This document shows, in pieces, positions 1 through 6,564 of a DNA stretch of 28,272 nt. The translations under genes and the position numbers were made by a program. The DNA is from a virus (lineage: Duplodnaviria > Caudoviricetes): positions 1-28,272 of IMG/VR virus record IMGVR_UViG_3300039216_000004; one strand, written 5' to 3'. Under the pieces are notes generated by a model. It had not been told where the DNA came from and made no database searches. It worked only from the letters and a program-made list of their open reading frames with translations. The number at the start of each line of letters is the position of its first letter. The first letter of the stretch is position 1.

Positions 1-73
1 ATATGCCGCAAGCCCATTTGTAGACGTCAGTACAGGCTGACCAATCTTTTAACTGTTCCTGTGTTATGTTCAT
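1..73 (-). CDS. Partial hypothetical phage protein (N-terminus; runs off the window)
   Basis: Manual translation MNITQEQLKDWSACTDVYKWACGI...; GGAGAG SD upstream; the ITxExLKxxxAC pattern is a common phage protein N-terminus. Confidence 0.6.
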   Translation of the reverse strand, partial: MNITQEQLKDWSACTDVYKWACGI

Positions 74-137
74 AGCTCTCCGTTCCTTTAACAATGCCGT
101 TTAAGTAAACTATCCACCCTCATTAGCGGATGGGGCG

Positions 138-314
138 TTAATCGCTATTATCCATTATATAATAGTCAATATCCCCACGATACTTAGTAAAAAATAGTTT
201 AAACCAACACCAATAATGTACGGGAAATTTATATGAAAAGAAAAGACGCTTTCCACATTTACCGCATATCCAACATTTGAAGTTAAACCATTCTTTCGGT
301 ATTTCTGCCTTCAT
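138..314 (-). CDS. Small 58-aa putative zinc-binding protein
   Basis: Manual translation MKAEIPKEWFNFKCWICGKCGKRLFFSYKFPVHYWCWF...; CxxC and HxxC; AAGGAG SD overlapping the upstream stop. Confidence 0.6.
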   Translation of the reverse strand: MKAEIPKEWFNFKCWICGKCGKRLFFSYKFPVHYWCWFKLFFTKYRGDIDYYIMDNSD

Positions 315-327
315 GGATGCCGCTCCT

Positions 328-666
328 TTATTTTAGTTTATCTGTTATCCAATTCTCTAATTCTTTTCGTGATTCAATAGATAAATACGGGCGATTATCG
401 GACCCCTTATTCCACGAATCAAATATGGATAAAGCCTGTTCCAATGACCCAATGCGTTCTAATTTTTGAACAACGTCTTTCATGGTTTCGCCTTCGTATT
501 CTTCAAATGGAGTAGGGCAAGAACACCCAGAGTTAGACGCTGAATATACTAATCCCTCATTGGTTGACCAAAAACACAAAGTGTTATATTCCCATGACAT
601 ATCTGGTTCATCAAAAGTAATCAATTCTAATTCTAATTTTTCTGGTGCATAGTAAGGGTTTATCAT
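328..666 (-). CDS. Hypothetical phage protein with SGCSCPxPFE motif
   Basis: 112-aa ORF with AGGAGG SD, co-oriented with its neighbours. Confidence 0.8.
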   Translation of the reverse strand: MINPYYAPEKLELELITFDEPDMSWEYNTLCFWSTNEGLVYSASNSGCSCPTPFEEYEGETMKDVVQKLERIGSLEQALSIFDSWNKGSDNRPYLSIESRKELENWITDKLK

Positions 667-692
667 ATTCCTCCTGTCCGTTGAAAGAGTTG

Positions 693-743
693 CTATTTAA
701 TTAACCTAAAATTTTCCTCTCTGTGCATAATCTGAATCTTCAT
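693..743 (-). CDS. Possible 16-aa micropeptide or gene remnant (MKIQIMHREENFRLIK)
   Basis: Strong SD AAAGGAGAGGGTA directly before the ATG at 743. Confidence 0.35.
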   Translation of the reverse strand: MKIQIMHREENFRLIK

Positions 744-746
744 TAC

Positions 747-766
747 CCTCTCCTTTTTAGTAAATG
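747..766. repeat. Direct repeat copy 1 (CCTCTCCTTTTTAGTAAATG)
   Basis: 19/20 identical to 2402-2421; contains an SD on the minus strand. Confidence 0.85.
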
Positions 767-906
767 GGTGAAGAATAAATTAAAGGGTAGGGTTGGCGTG
801 AAGTAATGACGCCTACGTTTTATCTCTCACTCAACCCCTTACCATACTCATCTGGTGAGTTTCACCCGCATCGTATCGTGATTTCTCATACTCCGAGTGA
901 AAGCCC
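766..906 (-). ncRNA. Putative structured RNA directly downstream of rtcB
   Basis: About 140 nt non-coding. Stems: UUUCACUCG/CGGGUGAAA enclosing UGA-GAAA-UCA; ACUCA/UGAGU; GGUA..GGGUUG/CAACCC.UACC; alternative GGGUGAA/UUCACCC. Confidence 0.5.
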
Positions 907-2064
907 CTATCCTTTAATAACTCCTATTGGTTCAAGTTCAACTACAATATCCACAAGGTCTTTCTGATTATCCATAACGACTTGAATGTCTTTATATGAC
1001 CCTGGAGCTTCGTCTAAATCAGCCTTGTTGCGTACTGAATGAATTATTCCTTTATCGTTTAATTTCTTTTGTTCTTCTTCAAGGTTAAGCTCACGTTCCG
1101 CCTGTTTGCGACCCATGCGACGACCAGCACCATGAGAACACGACTGGAAGCTATCAATATTACCTTTGCCTTTAACGATATAACTTTTTGTGCCTTGCGA
1201 CCCTGGGATTATGCCTATTTCACCATCTTTAGCTGATGTTGCGCCCTTACGGTGAACCATTACGTTATGACCAAAATGATTTTCCATTCGGGCGTAATTA
1301 TGGGCTATGTTTATCATTGTCTCAAAGGCGCACTCCGTACTGGAATAAAAAGCCTCTTTAATGCGTTCCATCATTAGACTTCGATTAGCAAAAGCAAACT
1401 CAACGCAATATTCCATTTCCTCGATATACTGCTTGCCCTGTATTGAATCCATAGGCAGGAAAGCAAGCTCGTGTTCTTTAGGTACAGCGGTATGCCATTT
1501 TTGATTTAATTCATTGGCTATATCGTTATAGTACTTGGCAACTTTCAATCCAATGTTTCTACTGCCGGAATGAATCATAATCCAAACATGACCGTCACTG
1601 CCTTTTTGGATTTCAATAAAATGATTTCCACCTCCGAGAGTACCGACTTGAGTAAGAGCGGATTGAAATTCTTTATGAACTATTCCATCACCTAAAATAG
1701 CAAGTTTCGGCATTAACGACGGGTCTTGCCTGTTCTTATGATGATTGAAGCCTAAAGGAACGCTATCCCGAATATCGGTCATAATGATTTTAATTGTTTC
1801 TATACTGTAATCAGTTAGGCTTGTTTTAACAGCACACATACCGCAACCAATGTCCACGCCCACAGCATTAGGAATAATCATTTCTTGCGTGGCTAATACG
1901 CCACCAATGGGCATACCATACCCTTGATGACAGTCCGGCATGACAGCGATATGCTTAAAAGCAAATGGCAAGTTTCCTAAGTTTTTAAGCTGTTCAACCG
2001 CCCCGTCTTCAATATCCTCTAACCACATTTTGATTGGTAATCGTTCTGTAGAAATTACTTTCAT
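907..2064 (-). CDS. rtcB: RtcB family RNA ligase (2',3'-cyclic or 3'-phosphate to 5'-OH)
   Basis: Motifs MPDCHQGYGMPIGGV, VGVDIGCG, GTLGGGNHFIE, HSGSR, HNY, HRKGA, IPGS, SCSHGAGR and LDEAPGSYK all present; 385 aa. Confidence 0.97.
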   Translation of the reverse strand: MKVISTERLPIKMWLEDIEDGAVEQLKNLGNLPFAFKHIAVMPDCHQGYGMPIGGVLATQEMIIPNAVGVDIGCGMCAVKTSLTDYSIETIKIIMTDIRDSVPLGFNHHKNRQDPSLMPKLAILGDGIVHKEFQSALTQVGTLGGGNHFIEIQKGSDGHVWIMIHSGSRNIGLKVAKYYNDIANELNQKWHTAVPKEHELAFLPMDSIQGKQYIEEMEYCVEFAFANRSLMMERIKEAFYSSTECAFETMINIAHNYARMENHFGHNVMVHRKGATSAKDGEIGIIPGSQGTKSYIVKGKGNIDSFQSCSHGAGRRMGRKQAERELNLEEEQKKLNDKGIIHSVRNKADLDEAPGSYKDIQVVMDNQKDLVDIVVELEPIGVIKG

Positions 2065-2399
2065 ATCATCTCCTCATTAAAACAATCCCTATACAACTTC
2101 CTAATCACAACCCAATTCTCAACCGAGTGCGACCCCTCATCCCCAACAGACTTTTTAAAACGGGATTTAAGTTCTTCGTTCTGCGGTGAGGGGAGTTCTT
2201 CACAGACCGGCGGGGATGGTCGGCAGTTGCACAACTCGCCTACCGGATTCTCCTTGCCGTTCTTGTCTTTTAAGCCTGTGAATTGCATTACCTTCCATTT
2301 TGGAGAATTAACTAAATCAACCTCAATCAATCCCGTCTTTAATTCAATCATTCTTGGCGCTTCTATTGTTGACCAAACACGAAACTTAATATCTCTCAT
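2061..2399 (-). CDS. YopX-family N-terminal fragment fused to an unrelated C-terminus (chimera or pseudogene)
   Basis: MRDIKFRVW...MQFTGLKDKNGKE is the YopX signature, but the expected IYEGD continuation is absent in all three frames. Confidence 0.7.
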   Translation of the reverse strand: MRDIKFRVWSTIEAPRMIELKTGLIEVDLVNSPKWKVMQFTGLKDKNGKENPVGELCNCRPSPPVCEELPSPQNEELKSRFKKSVGDEGSHSVENWVVIRKLYRDCFNEEMI

Positions 2400-2401
2400 A
2401 A

Positions 2402-2421
2402 CCTCTCCTTTTTAGTCAATG
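2402..2421. repeat. Direct repeat copy 2 (CCTCTCCTTTTTAGTCAATG)
   Basis: 19/20 identical to 747-766. Confidence 0.85.
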
Positions 2422-2442
2422 CTCTCTTTAATTCCTAATGGT

Positions 2443-2470
2443 AGTTTACCATGTTTATTCTGTTTGTCAA
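2443..2470 (-). promoter_or_regulatory. sigma70-type promoter driving yopX'-rtcB
   Basis: TTGACA-N16-TAAACT with TG extended -10. Confidence 0.6.
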
Positions 2471-2892
2471 GCCTTATCCTCAGTATCTTGGTAATTTGCT
2501 GGAACATTAAACGGCGTTGGGTGCTCACTCATCTCCTGATTATTGGCATAAACATTTAGCATAACATCTATTTTCTGCGCCTGAATTGTAGATGCTCCGA
2601 ATATTCCCTTCATCCACCGCAAAAACTTCTCATTGCGATCATTGAAGTTCCTGATGGTCTGGCGTTGATCAAAGTATTCCACAACCTGATAATCCTTCCA
2701 GAACTCGTTATATTTCTCAGGCTCTTGGTTCATTCTCTTTCTTACCTGGGCAGGGAACTTGTCATATTCCAATACGCGAGAAGGCTTTGTTGGGAAAGGT
2801 CGCCATCGGTATTCACCTAACACCGCTATGGCTGCCTCTGCGATCTGCTGGTCTGTGGCTGTTGGGTATTCTTTTAATAGTTGGGATTCCAT
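2467..2892 (-). CDS. Hypothetical protein
   Basis: 141-aa ORF abutting the upstream gene, GGAG SD. Confidence 0.75.
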   Translation of the reverse strand: MESQLLKEYPTATDQQIAEAAIAVLGEYRWRPFPTKPSRVLEYDKFPAQVRKRMNQEPEKYNEFWKDYQVVEYFDQRQTIRNFNDRNEKFLRWMKGIFGASTIQAQKIDVMLNVYANNQEMSEHPTPFNVPANYQDTEDKA

Positions 2893-3240
2893 TTAATTAA
2901 CTCCCTTTATTAACTCCGTTAAAGAATCAAATACAGGTATACCTAAATGCAAGGCTTCTACAACCTCTCTCCTAGTTCCATTAGAATTTTCCCATCCGGG
3001 GACCAAAAGAACCGCATCGCAACATGAGAGCCAAACCATAGAGTTTTGTTGGTAACGCTGTTTACTTATTTCCTCACCATCCCTAAGCTGATAAACAAAC
3101 TGATGATCAAACCAAGGACAAAAAGGAGCAAAGCCGGCCAATAATACCTCCGTAGATAAACGCATTCCTTTTCTGATATTGGTCAAAGTTCCTATTGTGG
3201 TATAGGAACTGCATACCCCGGCTACGTAAACTTTTTTCAT
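2893..3240 (-). CDS. DUF4406-type nucleoside 2-deoxyribosyltransferase-like protein
   Basis: KVYVAG...PFCP...WLSCCDAVLLVPGWENSNGTRREVVEALHLGIPVF pattern. Confidence 0.8.
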   Translation of the reverse strand: MKKVYVAGVCSSYTTIGTLTNIRKGMRLSTEVLLAGFAPFCPWFDHQFVYQLRDGEEISKQRYQQNSMVWLSCCDAVLLVPGWENSNGTRREVVEALHLGIPVFDSLTELIKGVN

Positions 3241-3249
3241 ATTATCTCC

Positions 3250-4011
3250 TTATCTCACTGGTTTTTTAGTACAAAATTCTAAAGGAACCCCGTTATCATC
3301 AACCTTCTTAATCTCAACCTCTTTAAAATCAATCCAATCGCGCCATCGATTATTAAACCATGTAGATCCGTGAGGAATAAATTTAGGATCACCCTGTGTT
3401 ATTTGACTGGACTGTAGGAAATTATCCAGGGCCTTGTTAATATCCGCGTAATCCTGATCTGTCTTGACCTGCGCCTTAAAATGAAGGGTGGCATCATGCT
3501 TTCCTAGCTTCCTGGGATATTTGAGCCATAAGGATTCAAAATCATACTTTGTATCTATATGTATTGCTGTTTTAGGTTGTATTGATGATGTATTACCAAT
3601 TACATCTTCATTTTCATGCTTTTGGTTAGAAATTTGGTTAACCAAAAGTTTTGGATTTCCACCTTTTAAACCAACTTCTCTGCGTATTTTACGTATTTCT
3701 TCATCCCTAACCATTCTTTTTGAATAAATTGCCCCATCATCTCTTCGATCGCAAACACCATTATCTAATAATGAGGTTAACCAAATTCCAGTATTTTGGT
3801 TATCCAAACCAACCATACGAATTATATCATTGTCAGAATATGGTTGCCCATTAGGTTTAATCATAACGCCTCGTTCGGTGCTTTCCCACATATAACAGAT
3901 TAGATCAAACCAAAGACCACGATAATCAGGTGGCAAAGCCCTTACTTCAGGGCATTTAAGCCAATCACCAACATACCAGGGCATTGCTGGTAGATCGTAT
4001 TTTTTAGACAT
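3250..4011 (-). CDS. Phage replication initiator / replisome organizer (YdaU/DUF1376-like N-terminus)
   Basis: N-terminal PAMPWYVGDWL...RGLWFDLICYMW; SKRMVRD; GxKGGNP linker; C-terminal FESLWLKYPRKLGK...FIPHGSTWFN. Confidence 0.85.
   Translation of the reverse strand: MSKKYDLPAMPWYVGDWLKCPEVRALPPDYRGLWFDLICYMWESTERGVMIKPNGQPYSDNDIIRMVGLDNQNTGIWLTSLLDNGVCDRRDDGAIYSKRMVRDEEIRKIRREVGLKGGNPKLLVNQISNQKHENEDVIGNTSSIQPKTAIHIDTKYDFESLWLKYPRKLGKHDATLHFKAQVKTDQDYADINKALDNFLQSSQITQGDPKFIPHGSTWFNNRWRDWIDFKEVEIKKVDDNGVPLEFCTKKPVR
3621..3808. repeat. Iteron-like TTTGGTTA(A/T)CCAAA repeats, putative origin
   Basis: Palindrome at 3633-3646, near-palindrome at 3795-3808, partial copies at 3621-3628 and 3775-3785, all inside the initiator gene. 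Confidence 0.5.
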
Positions 4012-4441
4012 AATTTCCTTTTGGCTTTAGTTTTGTTATTAAACGAATCTCTGTTCTTTTACGGTAATCATCATTAAGCATAATACGACATTTTATCAAA
4101 GTTATTTCGGGGTATTCAAGCAAAGCATTTAAACACTTTCTAATTTCATGCTTAGCCAAACGTAATTTGAGATTCTGAGCAGTACCAATGTAAATTAATT
4201 GGGATTTTAAAGTTTTTATGTTAAATTTGTAAATTGCATAGCATCCAGGATAAGATGGGATAATGTGGGAATAGTCGGTAACACTATGCCAATTTTTAGG
4301 ATAAATGTAGGAGCCCCCGGCCATAACCGAATATGGTGGTTCTTGTTTTGGCAAACGTGAACCCGGGGGCATAAAAACAGCGGGTTCCACTGATGGAATC
4401 CGCTCATTAACTTTTGAATTATTCGTATCCACGTTTGCCAT
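4004..4441 (-). CDS. GIY-YIG endonuclease with an N-terminal segment overlapping a structured leader
   Basis: PGCYAIY...LIYIGTAQNLKLRLAKH...E.RLI.KLKPKGN; true start uncertain. Confidence 0.85.
   Translation of the reverse strand: MANVDTNNSKVNERIPSVEPAVFMPPGSRLPKQEPPYSVMAGGSYIYPKNWHSVTDYSHIIPSYPGCYAIYKFNIKTLKSQLIYIGTAQNLKLRLAKHEIRKCLNALLEYPEITLIKCRIMLNDDYRKRTEIRLITKLKPKGNYV
4313..4441 (-). promoter_or_regulatory. Structured 5' leader: antisense-switch or attenuator candidate
   Basis: 4428-4440 is complementary to 4349-4361; 8-bp GC stem 4313-4320/4363-4370; hairpin 4379-4404 followed by GUUUUU. Confidence 0.6.
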
Positions 4442-4447
4442 GATTAG

Positions 4448-4476
4448 ATATTAAAACCACCCAAAACCATTGTCAA
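4448..4476 (-). promoter_or_regulatory. Leftward early sigma70 promoter
   Basis: TTGACA-N17-TAATAT; predicted +1 at or near the A of the ATG at 4441. Confidence 0.75.
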
Positions 4477-4654
4477 GAAAATAAATATCTTTTTTGTCAA
4501 TAGTACCAAGGAACAACAGGGGTTTTTATGAAAATTAGATATACCTCCATGCGCAAAGTATCAGCGACGAGGGTATATGCGCGTAGCGCATGGGTAGGAT
4601 AATAAAAAATATAAGATGTTTGACTTTTTACTTTTAGGGGTGTAGTCATTAGAT

Positions 4655-4738
4655 ATGAGCACACCAACAGATAAAATAGAAATACAGTACGTTGACATCA
4701 ATTTATTAAAACCCTCCGAGGACAGAAAGCAATTTTAA
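4655..4738 (+). pseudogene. Truncated ParB/Srx-like N-terminal fragment
   Basis: MSTPTDKIEIQYVDINLLKPSE resembles the start of phage ParB-like proteins (normally continuing xNPR); stops after 27 aa. Confidence 0.55.
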
Positions 4739-4772
4739 TGCAATTGATGCAACAAAGGGAATTATAATATAT

Positions 4773-5198
4773 ATGTTAGACCTTAAATCTCGACGAAGAA
4801 AAGTGATCCATGCAATTTTACAATCATTGCGTAAAGGTGGATCATTGTGGGACTCATGCAAGCATGCCAGCATAGACCCTGCAACATTTTGGAGGTGGCG
4901 TCAAAACCGGCCACGCTTAGACAAGTTGGTGGATGCGATATATGAAAGCCGTATCCAGATGATGGAGGACGCTTTATTTAAGACAGGCATATCCGGCCAT
5001 TTCCCTGCCCAGGCTTATTTCTTAAATAATAAGTCGAGCAAGTGGAAATCAAATGAGGCCATAAAGGTAGTCCAGCAAACTAATATACATCAAGGCGAAA
5101 AGAAACCGGAGAGCAATGGAAACACTTTTGTTGGAGAAGACCGTGCCCTCGTTGAATCAATCAGAGAACGAGTTATCGGAAAAGTACCTCAAAAATAG
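4773..5198 (+). CDS. terS: Terminase small subunit
   Basis: HTH-like SCKHASIDPATFWRW, helical oligomerisation segment, position directly upstream of TerL. Confidence 0.8.
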   Translation: MLDLKSRRRKVIHAILQSLRKGGSLWDSCKHASIDPATFWRWRQNRPRLDKLVDAIYESRIQMMEDALFKTGISGHFPAQAYFLNNKSSKWKSNEAIKVVQQTNIHQGEKKPESNGNTFVGEDRALVESIRERVIGKVPQK

Positions 5199-6564
5199 CT
5201 TTTTCCATTTTTTCTTTTATGCTTTCAGTGTGGCCATTAAGCGCACCGAGGGCGTCTATCATTTTACAAGCCATTTGACAGAGCTATGCCAACGGGTCCA
5301 GTTTTACTCACGTACCAGCACCATAGCCCCACGATTCCATCTCAAGAGCACCATCATTGAGGCTTATGTGCTCTGGAAGATTTATCGGATGGAGTTTAGA
5401 TTTAACGAGTTTTTATACATCTCATACACCGGGGACGCATCAGGATATCACACCAAAAAGATAAAGCGTTATTTACAATCTCTTCCGGAACTGTTTGGTG
5501 ATTACAAGGACCTTACCGATAGCGCAACCATAATCCACTATCAAAGGCCAGACCCTAACCCTTACGTGGAAGGACGTTTCTTTTACTGTGAGCCAACCGG
5601 CATAATGAACTTTAAACGTGGCCAGCATCCCCATGAAGTCATATGTGATGACATCCTGCGTGACCCAGAAGTCAAGCTCGACTTAAGCCAGCTCAACAAG
5701 ATCACCCGGGTGTTTTTTGAAGAGATCGAGCAAATGCCAAAGATCGCCATACACTGCGTGGGAACCCCACAGGATGATGAGGATCTCCTTTCTCAGCTCG
5801 AAACCAAGACCGACTATAACACAAAGCGCTATGATGCCGTTGTTGATGAAGCCAACAAGATCGCATGGTGGCCTGAGCTTTTCCCGTTTGATGAACTCAT
5901 GCGCCGTAAAGAGCGCATAGGTGACAAGGCTTTTATGAAGGAATTTAGATGTAAGCCAGTCCGCGGAGTTGAAGGTTATATCAGCCATGAGGTGTACCTT
6001 GCGCTTGTCAATAGTGAACTCAAAAACATACCCATTACAGCAACCTATACACCATCACAAAAGCGATCGGTGACTGTGGGAGGCTTTGACATTGGAAAAA
6101 AGACTCATCCATCACACCTAACAATATTTGAGATCACAAACGTAAATGGCAAGGATCATGCCCAGCAGATACATAGCAAGTTTATGGATGGATGGGATTA
6201 CATCAACCAGATCGCCTATTTAAAAGATGCAGTGCGAGTGTTTGGTATAAAGTCGCTCCATTACGACGATACCCGGGCAGAGTTTGAGTCAACCAAGGAA
6301 CGCAGGGAACTGCCAAGGCAGATGAGCGGGGTGGCCTTTACCAGCAAGACCAAGTTTGGTATGGCCCAGGAAATAGATAAAGTGATAAGCAATAAAGATA
6401 TAGAGTTTCTGGTGGATGATCGGCAGAAGCGTCAGATTTTGTCTGTGGATTGTAATCTTAAAGCACCCGAGACCCAGGAAGGCCACGGTGATGCATTTTT
6501 CTCTCTGTGCCTCGCCGTGGATGCTTGGAAAAACAGGAAAGTGAGCGGATTCGATGTCCTATAA
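5116..6564 (+). CDS. terL: Terminase large subunit
   Basis: Walker A APRFHLKST, Walker B VICDD, coupling motif VGTP, nuclease GGFDIG...HGDAFFSL; alternative GTG start at 5143. Confidence 0.93.
   Translation: METLLLEKTVPSLNQSENELSEKYLKNSFFHFFFYAFSVAIKRTEGVYHFTSHLTELCQRVQFYSRTSTIAPRFHLKSTIIEAYVLWKIYRMEFRFNEFLYISYTGDASGYHTKKIKRYLQSLPELFGDYKDLTDSATIIHYQRPDPNPYVEGRFFYCEPTGIMNFKRGQHPHEVICDDILRDPEVKLDLSQLNKITRVFFEEIEQMPKIAIHCVGTPQDDEDLLSQLETKTDYNTKRYDAVVDEANKIAWWPELFPFDELMRRKERIGDKAFMKEFRCKPVRGVEGYISHEVYLALVNSELKNIPITATYTPSQKRSVTVGGFDIGKKTHPSHLTIFEITNVNGKDHAQQIHSKFMDGWDYINQIAYLKDAVRVFGIKSLHYDDTRAEFESTKERRELPRQMSGVAFTSKTKFGMAQEIDKVISNKDIEFLVDDRQKRQILSVDCNLKAPETQEGHGDAFFSLCLAVDAWKNRKVSGFDVL

Noticed and set aside
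844-863. Hammerhead-like GAAA-CUCA...UGAG-UA on the minus strand
   Set aside because: No CUGANGA core or suitable stem I/II nearby, so it cannot be called a ribozyme
850-895. Resemblance to group II intron domain V
   Set aside because: No AGC/CGC catalytic triad in register and no domain VI or RT gene
4528-4602. 24-aa ORF MKIRYTSMRKVSATRVYARSAWVG
   Set aside because: Very short, no recognisable motif, and overlaps the inverted-repeat element
4620-4648. Rightward promoter TTGACT-N17-TAGTCA
   Set aside because: The -10 lacks the conserved final T; too weak to list as a feature
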